Assembly (NCBI GenBank): GCA_032718475.1
Contig: JAUCBJ010006459.1
Span: 36,552 to 100,551, forward strand
DNA from: Nemertoderma westbladi
Taxonomy: Eukaryota; Animalia; Xenacoelomorpha
Reading direction: 5' to 3'
Length of the DNA: 64,000 nucleotides
Part shown: piece after piece, positions 1-11,449 of the stretch
How the letters are laid out: each line of letters starts with the position of its first letter
How positions within the stretch are numbered: position 1 is the stretch's first letter
Translations under genes and position numbers: made by a program
The notes under the pieces: model-generated
Told to the model about the DNA's origin: nothing
The model's input: only the letters and a program-made list of their open reading frames with translations
The model's database searches: none

Positions 1-653
1 ACTAACACATCTCTTCTTAGTATCAGGGACCTGGTACCTAAAATTGCCGAATTCTGGGCGTAGTATTAACCTTATGCCTGAATTTGAGTCCTGGAAATAC
101 GCAAGAGGGGAAGGAACCTTATCATTCGTGAGTATTGGACCTACAAGTTACAAAATTAGAATATTCGTAAATGCACACCGTACCCAGTAATTATATATGT
201 GAAGGAGCAAAACTGTTTTGACCGTTCAGAATTAACACGCGCGTTAGAAATTATTTACACCTCGAAATATATAAAATTAACTTTTGTCCGTACTGTGCTT
301 TGCCCGCTAGTTAGACATCTCCAAATCTCTGCCTGTACCTAGCTAGCGTCTCTTTGCCCAACCATATAAATCACACCGCGGCAAGGTATACGAGCCTCTT
401 AGTCCGTCAGTGAGTCAGCCTGATTTTAGGATTCGCTGCGCGGGATTTTGTTTTATCGAAGTTTGTCTGCTCGTAGACTGTTTTCTGCCTCACCGGTTAT
501 AAGAGATCGATACTGCAATATATTCGCTTACTTAGTTTATTGTTTTGGTGAGAAGGTCGGATTTATGATTTCATTTACAAACTTTACAGTAGGATATTGC
601 AGGTATTGTTACCGTCTCTTCGCATAGTAGGAATAGGCGTATCTCTTCAATTA
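1..653 (+). mobile_element. Partial LTR of BEL/Pao family A (3' part), abutting the truncated pol of element B
   Basis: 1-626 is the near-exact reverse complement of ~12781-13410. It is followed by GTAGGAAT, as downstream of element A's 5' LTR, and a second TCTCTTCAATTA end-like motif ending at 653. Confidence 0.9.
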
Positions 654-2844
654 TTGAAAGATGAGTGGGACGTAGAGGTACCAGAGGAAATCAAGAAACA
701 GTGGAGCAAGTGGACAGGAGACTTGGAGAAGATGGGAACATACAACATGCCACGGGTGTATGTTCTCCGACGCGTCGTTGGAAGCGTACGGAGCGGCACT
801 CTACTTAGTACAACGAAAAGGGGCTCATAAGCCAAGGCTAGCCTTTAGCAAAGCAAAGTCAACGCCGCCAGACTCAGCATCTGTTCCCAAGTTAGAATTG
901 ACAGCTGCGAGACTAGGAGTAAGAGCCACAGCCTACCTAGTAGATACTATTCCCAACATAGTGGAGACACACTACTGGATGGACTCCATGGTAGTGCTCG
1001 GTTGGCTACACAACGAAAGGACGAGATATCCGATATTCGTCGCGAATAGAGTGGACGAAATAAGGGCGAGCACAGAACTGGAAAGGTGGCACTACTGCCA
1101 AACAGACGAGAACCCAGCGGACTTGCTGTCGAGGGGCGTGGAACGCCACACTTTCCTGAAGAAGGAAGTATTGTGGCAACATGGGCCACAATTTCTGAGC
1201 GATAGGGAGGCCTGGCCGCCGATAAGGAAGGTGGACCCGGGCTCGGAAGTAGTATCAGAAGGAGAAGAGGGGGATTCAGAGGGAGAAGAGATATACTCCC
1301 AGATGGTGAGGGAGATTAGGGACGTGCAACCAGGAAGGGAACTGTGCGATAACCCAACGGATAAACTCCTCAGCTACAGTTCTAGTTGGTATAAGACCAA
1401 GAAACTAGTAGCGTACTGGAGAGCCTTCGGGAATTTCCTTGCGGGAGTTGGCAAGGACAAGAAGATCAGGACAACCATAGATCTGGAGGGAGCGGCGAAG
1501 GCAGTGATCCGCTATGAACAATGGAAGAACTACGGTGACGAGGTAGAACGCGTCGGTAACCAACAGCACCTCCGACGGGACAGCGAGCTGATTACGCTGT
1601 CGCCACAACTCAATGATGACGGGATTCTAGTAATGAATTCTAGGGTGGGATACAACAATAGCATAGTCGTACCACCGAAACCCATCATCATTCCTACAGG
1701 ATCGCCAATAGTCCACCAGATTATATGGGACTCCCATAAATCGATATTATATGGGGGCACCAACCGAACCCTCACAGAGATAAGGAGGACCTATTGGGTC
1801 AAACAATTAAGGAAGAAGGTTAAAGCGGTAGTGGGGCAGTGCCAGACCTGCCGACGGGCGAAGAAGGAGCGAGCCATACAGGAGATGGCGCCACTACCGG
1901 CGAGTAGGGTAAGACAGCACGACCCGCCATTTACGCATTGCGGTGTGGACATGTTCGGGCCGATAAAGATCAAGGTGATGCGACACACGGAGAAACGCTA
2001 CGGTATTATCTTCGTATGCAACAATACGCGGGCGGTAGGGATAGAACTCGCCCAAGATGCAACCGCATCAGCGTTCATTAACGCCTTAGAAAGGTTTAGG
2101 GACCGCAAAGGTGGGACGATCGCAGTGATATACAGCGACAACGGCACCAACTTTGTGGGTGCAGAGAGTGAGATGGCAGAGGCCCTGGACATCTTGGAGG
2201 GGGAAGAAGTCAAGGCAGCCATGAGGAGACGTCAAGTAAAGTGGGAGAGACGGACGCCGTATGCACCACATACACTAGGATGCGTCGAGAGACTGGTGGG
2301 CAGTTCAAAGCGTCTAATGACGAAGCTAATGAACACCCACATGGTCACTGAGGACGTTTTACGGACAGTACTTGCGAAGTGCGAGGGGATCATTAATAGC
2401 AGACCGCTATATCCGGAGAATGATGACCCTGAGTCGTTAGACGTGCTGACGCCTAGCCATTTCCTGATGGAAAGGCCAGCGACCATCGATATGCGGGGTG
2501 TAGACGCAGATGACATACACTCCCGCCAAAGTTGGAAAGTCGCAAAGGCGATAAGCGCTGAGTATTGGAGGAGATGGGTCGAGGAATACCTACCCACGCT
2601 CCATAAGCGAAGCAAATGGAGGAAACCGAACAGGGAGTTAAGAACAGGAGATCTCGTAATCGTTACGGATGATACTATCATCAACAACCAGTGGCGGTTG
2701 GCGAGAGTTGTAGACACCTACTCCGACGAGGACGGAAGAGTCCGATCGGTAGAAGTGCGGATAGGTGGAAAGATAGGTGCGAAGGACAGAAAAACCTACA
2801 GGAGAGCAGTAGGGAAATGCTGTCTTCTAGAAGGGGCACCTTAG
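654..2844 (+). pseudogene. pol: BEL/Pao pol C-terminal half (peptidase A17/RNase H, integrase zinc finger, rve core, DUF5641-like tail); frameshift near 760
   Basis: WDVEVPEEIKKQW...MPRVY, then FSDAS..AYGA, PKLEL, WMDS, FVANRV, NPADLLSRG, CQTC, GVDMFGP, YSDNGTNF, ERLV, INSRPL, LTPSHFL, DGRVRSV. Confidence 0.95.
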
Positions 2845-2989
2845 AAGTGGAGTTAGCGCTTGGTTTAGTCGTCCAAGTTTTGGACTGAGGGGGGTGGGAT
2901 TGAGGGCGAGACGCCCTTCCCACATATAAAATTTGAAAAATAAAATAAAAATAAAATAATAGTACATGAGTAGGTACGCAGTTAGTAGG

Positions 2990-3570
2990 CAGAAGGTACG
3001 TAGTACCTAATTAGTTAGTAGGTACGTAGTACCTAGAGTTAGTTAGTTAGTCAGAAGGTACGTAGTACCTAAGTTAGTTAGTAGGTACGTAGTACCTAGA
3101 GTTAGTTAGTTAGTTAGAAGGTACGTAGTACCTAATCAGTTAGTAGGTACGTAGTACCTAGAGTTAGTTAGTTAGTCAGAAGGTACGTAGTACCTAATTA
3201 GTTAGTAGGTACGTAGTACCTAGAGTTAGTTAGTTAGTTAGTAGGTACGTAGTACCTAGAGTTAGTTAGAGAGTTAGAGGGTACGTGGTACCGTTAGTTA
3301 GAGTTAGAGGGTACGTAGTACCGTTAGTTAGAGTTAGAGTTAGAGGGTACGTAGTACCGTTAGTTAGAGTTAGAGTTAGAGGGTACGTGGTACCGTTAGT
3401 TAGAGTTAGAGTTAGAGGGTACGTAGTACCGTTAGATAGAGTTAGAGTTAGAGGGTACATAGTACCGTTAGTTAGAGTTAGAGGGTACGTAGTACCGTTA
3501 ATTAGAGAGTCGGAGGGTACGTAGTACCATTAGTTAGAGAAGAGTTAGAGTTAGAGGGTATGTGGTACCA
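2990..3570 (+). repeat. Tandem array of ~18 GGTAC-GTA-GTACC mini-hairpins separated by (GTTA/GAGTTA)n spacers
   Basis: Read directly; units of about 26-38 bp. Confidence 0.9.
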
Positions 3571-4063
3571 TTAGAGAGAGAGGGAGTAAGAGGTAGAAGG
3601 GTATATAAGATATAGATATTAGTTAGCAGTTAGTAGCGAGAGGGGGGCATATGAGTACAGCTGGGTAAATCGTGTGGCCACACGACGCATACTGCTGTAC
3701 TGCATAGACCCACAGAGTAGGCCAGAATGTGGATTAGAGAATAGAATAATCCATAGGCAGTAGTAAGTAGTAGGACAGTAGAATCAAATTAAAATAGATA
3801 AATAAATAGAATAGGGCTGAAAGTTGTGAAATAGTGGCAACATAAGGGAAGTTATTCTAGAACATAATAAAAGTAACGGACAGAAATTGTAAATTACGCT
3901 CATTTACTAGCTTCAAAATTAATTAGGAATAATTTAGGTTAAAAGGCGCAGTTAAGTAGAAGTAGGCCATTATCGAACTGTACAGAACATCCTAGATACA
4001 TCACTCATCTGTATTGCGCCTTGGTAAGGCACCACCTTGCAGGTGAGCGAGTGAACGTTCGGA

Positions 4064-5747
4064 ATGGCGAGTAAGTTGATCAGAAAGAGAAAGGCGGAGT
4101 CAGGAGGAAAGGAGATACTGGTGGATTTCACCGAGAGACATCCGGAAGAGAAGACGAGAGGATACTACGAGAGGTTGGAAAGGGGTCACGCGGCACGAGC
4201 GTTGCAGGATCACTTCCGGGAGGCGCACGAACAGCGGCTGGTCGGGACCTACGGGACCCCGTCGCTAGACAACGCGATCTTCCAACATTTCCACTACGTA
4301 GTGAAAGGGGACGAGGCGAAGTTCGGGATTCCGAAGTACCCGAGGGAATCACCGAGGAAGGACTGGAAGAGGTTCATAGAGTCCGTCAACAGAGGAGGAT
4401 ATATGATCCTAGATGACGAGGGAACCGTGGAGGACGAAGCGGGTTCGAGACGAGGAACGGCAGGGTCGGCCAGGACCATACTCCTACATTTGGCCGCGCC
4501 AAATGGGGACATCTTCTTATTCGACCTAGGGACGTATGGGAAGAAGGACGGGCCGAAATTAGACCGATTACCGAAAGCGGTACAAGTCTTAGTAAGAGAG
4601 AAGTCGACGACGAAAGTGGGATCGGCGATTCGCGAGGACGCGGAGAGGATCATCGGTCCGGACGCCACCAACCTCCTGGATATGCAGAAAGTCTTTATGG
4701 CTATGACGGCACCGGATGGATTGGGGGTAGTCGGAAACACAGGCCAATGCGGGGCGGTGGCGATGGGCCAATTATTGGGGCTCGTATGCCACAAACCGAT
4801 GGACTGGGGGAAGTTTAGGGAAGAATACGGAGCAGAACTAGCGAACTCGCTAAAGTGGGGAGCGAGACCGGGAAAGCAGGAGGTATATCAATTCCGCAGA
4901 GGAGCGATAAAGGTATATCAGAAGCGATATATCCTACAGGAAGACTGGATCATGATAAGTTTGCTTAACTTATTTATGACCGTGGTTATCGAGAGGGAAC
5001 CAGGGGCATTTCTGTTATCGGGATCACCCCTAAGCTACAGGAGAGCCTTTAAGACGGCCTTTGACGGTCTGGTAGACCACCCGGGGCTGAAGGGTGAGTC
5101 GGTATACTATAACAGCCGGCATCTGGTAGACGGGGAGACAGATACACCGTATCAGAGATGGGAGCAGTTAGAAGCGGATAGACGAGAAGCAAAGGGGACA
5201 CTACGGACGCGAGTGCGACTGGATGAACGACGAGGAGAAGTTCACAAGGTTCGAGGAGTGGGCCGACGTCGGGGCCATGACGCGCCAGCGCATGAAGGCC
5301 CAGGAGTTTAAGTGGGGTTTCTTCCTTATCAATCAGGAGACTCACATGGAAATCATAAAGCGGAGGCTACCGTTTACCTACCAAGAGGTAGCAACGGCGG
5401 CGTCGTACGCTGGAGTGATGAACACGCAAAGGTATCTGGACAGGTGGACGCCAGACAACCGAAGGGAGTTTAGGGATTTCTTGGCGGAGCACGTACCAAA
5501 GGCAATGAAAATGATCCTATGGGACGCCACTAGAGGGAGACAACCGGGCCACTCTGAGGGGCCACCGGCGAAGCGATATCGGGCACTAATAACACCAGCG
5601 CCCAAGGAGCCAACGACCGGGATCAGCAGGGAGGTGGCGGCGAAGGTCCGAAAACAGAAGGCGGATAATGCCAGAGGAACGGTGATAACCAAGAAACGAC
5701 CCAGGGAAGAGGACGCCAGGGGGAACTATCCCCAGAGGAACAGATAG
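4064..5747 (+). CDS. Accessory ORF of element B: DEDDy 3'-5' exonuclease, half CCHC knuckle and conserved C-terminal motif (frameshift/deletion near 5190; ORFs 4064-5311 and 5223-5747)
   Basis: ExoI ILDDEG; LPKAVQVLVREKSTTKVGSAIRED (ExoII region as in WRN/EXD/Mut-7); ExoIII-like RYILQED. The second frame reads QRGHYGRECDW...FEEWAD...WGFF. Confidence 0.8.
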
Positions 5748-6448
5748 GTTCCCGAGTCGAGGGAGAGAGACTGGGACTTGGACGTGGTACGCCTGGAAGG
5801 CGCCGCGTGGGACGTACGAACTATTAAGTACAAATCTAATTAATGCAAATAATCATATAAGTGCAATTTGTATGTACGTACGTAGTAATTAGTAATCTAG
5901 AAATATATACGTTCGGAGTAAGTACTATAGTCATACAACCTTTCTCAATTAGCTACTGGGACTGGGGGATAACTGACTATGGGACTATGGACGAGACACC
6001 AGACAATTCCACACTTCTTGAGTGCGACGGCACAAGAGGGGGGGGGGGGAGATTCTGTCAGAAGGGATGGGACAGTCAGAGTGAGGTTGAGGGACGGAAT
6101 AATAGTGCGGAGTGCGGAGAGAGTGCGGACGCAATTCTAGTGTGGGGGGGGGAGAATAAGAGGCTGAGCGAGGGACGAGGAGGTCCGAGTGTGAGAGAGT
6201 TAGGGTGAGAGTGAAGGTGAGATAGGGCGGAAGTGTTGGGGAAACAAAAGTTGCGTGAAAGGTGAGCGCGATCGGCCCGACATGAGACGCCAGGCACACA
6301 GGGTAGCGTTATCATACCCATAGGGGGCGGCCTGGAAAGCCGGCTCCAAGAGAAAAGAATTCCACCCCACACCCGATACTAGATCGGGATCCAGCGGGAT
6401 TGTAGCGCACTTTTTGGTTGATGCTATCTTCTTACCGGGAAGATAGCA

Positions 6449-6458
6449 TGGGGGGGAG
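6449..6458 (+). promoter_or_regulatory. Polypurine tract of element B
   Basis: G-run plus AG immediately before TGTTAGC; preceded by a perfect 11-bp hairpin (6421-6449). Confidence 0.8.
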
Positions 6459-6990
6459 TGTTAGCTTATTCAATCCCGCTAACACCCCATAAAGTTATAA
6501 GCCGATAAGCAATATTGGGAGCCACGAGATTGGGCAATTAACCAACTCGTGCCATCCCAATAAGAGTGGGAAGGAAGCACACAATAAAGGGTCAGGGGCC
6601 AAACCCCTAACCCAGAGAGTACAGGTGGAGTGAACGGGAACACTCCACGGGGCGCCAACAAGGGTATCAACCAATCAGAGGGGGGCAAGGCATCGATTGA
6701 GTAGAGCAATAAGGCCACCGTGCAATATAACCAGTAACACAATGTCAGTAATTCAGTTATCTCAGTGCAGTGTAGGTTAGTTAGTTTAGATAGGGGAGCA
6801 CGGGACTTTAGTTACCGTATCCCGCCTTCCGTATATTATACTACAGTCATCATATCTATATCTTATACCTATCAATTATTATACACCGAATATCAGAACT
6901 CATTCACTATTTCCGTTTACTCTTTATACACGGCGGGGACGCGTAAACTAAACACCGGATAAATCGGGATCCCTCCTGGATCCCGTCACA
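6459..6990 (+). repeat. 3' LTR of element B (~532 bp)
   Basis: Starts TGT after the PPT and ends ACA; TATA-like AATATAA near 6724 followed by TCAGT Inr-like motifs. No partner LTR in the window, so the right end is inferred. Confidence 0.7.
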
Positions 6991-7043
6991 TTAAATCAAA
7001 GTCTTACAAATTCGAACGTCAACGAACAACTTCGAACGTTACT

Positions 7044-7117
7044 GTCCCACCTTGGTGTAGTGGTTGCGTTGAATTCACATCTCCCATAGTTCATGGGTTC
7101 AAACCCCGCATGGACCA
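7044..7117 (+). mobile_element. tRNA-derived SINE head or tRNA pseudogene
   Basis: A box TGGTGTAGTGG, B box GGTTCAAACC, GTCC...GGAC acceptor-like ends; anticodon arm degenerate. Confidence 0.6.
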
Positions 7118-8458
7118 GGGCAGATTTCGTTCGGTCAGCAATAGGCCTAAGTATACAAAATGCAGTATTATTGCCTAGTAACCAATTCATAGCTACTATA
7201 TGGTTTTCACTTTGAGAAATTTCGCCCTCTAGTGGCAGACTGGGGAACTTCAGACTACTCTGTGACTCCGCAAAAGATATAGCCTATATTGTAATAGATA
7301 CCGAGTGGGGGGGGGGGGGTCAAAATTAAGTAATAATATATCTAAATAAGTCTCAAACATCTTGCCTCATGGCTCGCCCCTCAGAACTCTTAAACAATAT
7401 AGGTTCATAGTTTTTAAGGAAAACTGGTAAACGAGATTTGTTAATAGTTAATAGAAAACAATATATAAAGTAAAAGTAATACAAATAATTAAAGTAAAAG
7501 TAAATACAAATATTTAATTTAAAATTAAATACAAATAAATAAATTAAAATGAAATACAAATAAATAAGTATCAATAAATAAAAGAGCTGAGGTGTCACTT
7601 ATGACACCCTCTTGGGCAGCTTTGTGACAGTTGGACAACACAGACACCATTGCGTGTTAGGGCGCTAATCAGTCTGATTAATTAGGATAATCAATTAAAC
7701 CCTAACTAGGAGTCATAAGACAACTATTAGGATGTTGATTAATTTTCCTCCATGATCATCTTTTAGGTTGTAATCTAAGAGATGAATATAATTTTCAGAA
7801 GCCTCAATATCGATTGTACTTAAAACTTTCCTTGCTTTTTCAGAAAAAAACAATTTTATAATTATCATCACCTCGACGGGAAATAGTATAATCAATAATA
7901 ATATACGGCTCGCCATCTTCTGAAAAAAATTAATGTCTTACTATTGGCATATCCATATCAGAAGACATTATTTAATTTATTTTAATGTAAATCAAACAAA
8001 GTAAAAACTTTTTAATCTAAAACCATTATGCGCAGTTGATTATCGATCGTCGATTCTTTCAAGTATATGATGCGAGTAGCAGATGGTCGTCGTAGAGTGG
8101 AATTGAGTGAATTTCAATAGTCCTCCCTACGGGATGTCCCTTGAAAAGCATAGGGAGGACATCCTTCTACTACTGGGGCGTGTCACTGAATTACGACACT
8201 ATAAGTAGTATAGACTTGGGTGGCTTTGTGACACTTAGACCAAACTGACTGGCGCCAGACTGTCTGGGTGACACCCAATGTCACCCTATGGGTGTCATTT
8301 GGCACCTCCTAATTAGGCTATTTAGACCCTAATTGACAGGTGTCATCCATAAAATAGTACAATTAAACCATAATTTCGTAGGGATAGATGTCGATCTAGT
8401 TTTATTTCAAACTTTTCACCACCCTCGTTGTATTGCATAATAACAATTAACTCGTCTA

Positions 8459-10752
8459 TCATTGATAATAGTAAGGAGGTATGTTGGGATTATATTTGTT
8501 CGTGTTGTTATTTTGTTTCTGTCCCTGCCACGGTGTGGCCCTACTCCCAGCTAACTGTGGACTTGTAGTCCCCTGCGTGGCCGCATGCGTTAGTGATTGC
8601 CTCACTTTAGGAAATGCATCTGCCGGACTATGTTCCAGTTTAGGTCGGCTGCATTCCGCATTCGGTACTTTGCCTAGACTGTCCTCACTATAGACTGGAT
8701 CCGTTATTAGCTCCGCCTCGTAGTTTAGGAAGTTCGACATCTCCTCCAACCCTGGCTCCGCACCCTTCTTCTCTCGAGTGGAGAAAGCGATCTTTCTCCA
8801 TTTGTTCCTTTACCAAATCGGTAGTGCCTGCGCTATGTTCTAGTGCCTGCGCTAGTGCCTTGTTCTATGCACTTAGTTCGTATGGTGCATCTAGGGTCTT
8901 TAAGACTATCAGCACCTTTTCTACTCTGTTAGCAAAAGTCTTGATGCTAACAGGGTTATCTGCGAGTCCGCCTGATGTTATTTCCCTTAAGGTTTGTCGG
9001 ATATAATCTTAGCAGGATGGCCAAATTACCTGTCCAGGGCTCTCCACGCAGTTGTAAATCCTCCTTCAATTCCTTGGTATTGCCTTACGATGTCATAGGC
9101 TGGACCCCCTGTATAGACATGTAGATATTTTAGGCACTCCGCCTGTGTGTGATTTTTCATCAAAATCTCATTGCTGTACATCCTCCAGAACTGTAGATAT
9201 TCTCCCGGCTTGCTACCATCAAACTTAAAAGGCTCCTCTGGTGGCAGCTCTATTCTAGTTTTCAGCGCGTCGATGAGTGTTGCTATTGCCATCGCTTTAA
9301 TTTACAGCGTGCTCAATGGTACGGATGCAGGCTCCTTCAATGTTGACTGTGCTTCACCTCTCGGGTTTGTCGACTTTCCCTGAGTGGGATATATCATCGG
9401 GGGTGGCGGTACCTCCATATCTCCGTGTCATATGATTTATTTGTATCTGAGGGGGTCGGGGTTTTTAATTTTGGTTGTGTGTGTGGATACAGTAATGGGG
9501 GGAATGTCACCATGCCCCCCCCCCCCCCCCCCCACCGATGTTATATTTGACATTGGGGTAGATGTCATTTTGTTGGGGCCCATACACCTATCTGCAATAC
9601 CCCCCCCCCCCCTCCCCTGGGTATGTGTTATATCCCTGCATATTATAGTCATACAAGTGTGCAGGTACCGGTATAGGCCTAACAGGTTCCTGCATACTCA
9701 CCGGTATGTAAGCCGCGACCTCCGGGTCAAATCCCGGCATTCACGCTACCCTATCACCTACACTATCTCTCCCAACATGGCCTATAGTATGTGCAGTGAG
9801 ACTTACAGTATGTCCTGCAGTCTGCCTATGTTCCTCAGGATCGAAGTTTAATCTTCTCGAATATTCCGAGAACACCTCCCCGCAACTACCATATCGTCGA
9901 TCGGCAGCTACGTTCCGACGGGAAGTTTCCTTCAGATCCCTTCCTCTGTCTTCCTCCTCATACCGGTACACTCTGTACCCCTCACCCGGTGTGGTATATT
10001 TCGCCAGGTTGTGTTTCTCCGGGGCGACGGCAATATCCCGAAGTACGACCCCACTGGCTCTCCCCCTCTAGTTCAACTAGCGACGGTTCACTGTCCGTCC
10101 TATCTCGATGTCTCTGGTTGCCCGTAGCAACATTTCCTCATTTCTCCTCGCATCCTCTGGTTTCGGCGCCATATCCACGTTCATGAGGTCTCGTATCGAC
10201 CTCCTGGATGAACTCTACTGTTCTCCTTCCATCTTCTGAGTGGGCTCAACGTTTTCTCATTTGGCTGCTTACGGCACCAATGTCCCTCCCTCTGCCCAGT
10301 TGTATGGCCTCGCGGATATTCGTTGCCCTTCTACTATCCTCCGTCGTCGGGTGCCACAGTTCACTTAACCCACCGCACGCATTTCCCGCAGACATTCGTG
10401 AGGTGTCTGCCCCCCCTCTATTCTCCACTGTCGTTGGGAGCCCCGGTTCATTTGAATCACCGCGCATATTTCCCGTCGACATCCTATTGCGGTGGGGTGC
10501 CCTTCCCCCCCCCACCCGTCACTTCGCCCCACCCCCCTGCCCATGTTCCCCTCTAGTCGAGTTACTTCTGTTCTCCCTGGGTTCATTCGCCTGCGTTTCT
10601 CCCTGCGCAACCGCGTGGCCTTGTAGGCCCCCGCTAGGCGAATTACCTATTTCCCCAACGTTTGTATTAATCATACCGCCACTAGCCTCACCCTCATCAT
10701 TCATTATATTATTACTTGCATTATTTTGATTAATTTCAGCGGGATTATTCAT
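8459..10752 (-). pseudogene. gag: Decayed BEL/Pao gag (DUF1759-type), third element
   Basis: IELPPEEPFKFDGS..EYLQFW...LKYLHVYTGGPAYDIV...AWRALD and FLNYEAELITDPVYS, spread over several broken frames. Confidence 0.8.
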
Positions 10753-10992
10753 AATATTGTTATTTCTGTACCACCACTCGCGGTATTATTAAATTATTTT
10801 GGTTATCTGGCGCAGCAATATTTACATTATTACTATTTATTAAAACATTATTTCCTGCAAGAAATGTTTCATTATTGTTAGGGTTATCTACTACGGTATT
10901 ATTAATATTAACGTTTTCATTGAACGTATTGTCGTGTATGTTCAGTATTGCTTCAGTCGACCAAGGTCAAGATGGATCAAAGATTGGATATA

Positions 10993-11225
10993 TCTTTTTA
11001 CATAACACAGCAGAACACAGTAGAACACAGCAGAACACAGTAGAACACAGCAGAACACAATAGAATACAGGCGGAACATAGGCGAACACAGCTGTAATTA
11101 AAATCTACACCAAAAAATAACACATTTGGGAAAGTAGGCCTACCGGATTTAATCATACAACTGTAAGATGTCAATTACATATTTAAATTTAATGGCGGTT
11201 TTCCATATCCTCCAAAATAAATTAC
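10993..11225 (+). repeat. Left arm of a ~200-bp inverted repeat pair (partner 40787-40977); includes (CAGCAGAACA/CAGTAGAACA)n
   Basis: Reverse complement of 40787-40977 with a few indels. Confidence 0.85.
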
Positions 11226-11447
11226 TTCTCATTATCCGCTATACTAAAGGCTAAAAACAAACTGCGGCATTCTGATTCACATTCAAATGTTTACGTATCA
11301 CCTGATTTGACCCGACTTCAGTCTGAACAGGCATTCCTTCGACGTAAATCAAATCGCGATTCGAACAATGTTGGGCGAAGTTCAGGAGGCGAAACATCAA
11401 ACCCGATTGCCACCCCCACTGAAAGTTCGGACTCGGAAAACCACTAA
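11226..11447 (+). pseudogene. LINE ORF1 C-terminal fragment
   Basis: AILKAKNKLR...NVYVSPDLTRLQ, typical of the CR1/L2 ORF1 tail; TAA at 11445-11447. Confidence 0.75.
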
Positions 11448-11449
11448 AG

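Larger units (their letters stand above)
654..6990 (+). mobile_element. BEL/Pao LTR retrotransposon, element B (5'-truncated): pol 3' half, hairpin array, accessory exonuclease ORF, PPT, 3' LTR
   Basis: Pao peptidase A17/RNase H and integrase ORF; PPT at 6449-6458 followed by a TGT...ACA LTR. Confidence 0.88.

Noticed and set aside
3266-3524. Repetitive ORFs (VRVRGYVVPL / YPLTLTLTNGTT)
   Set aside because: Translation artefacts of the hairpin array.
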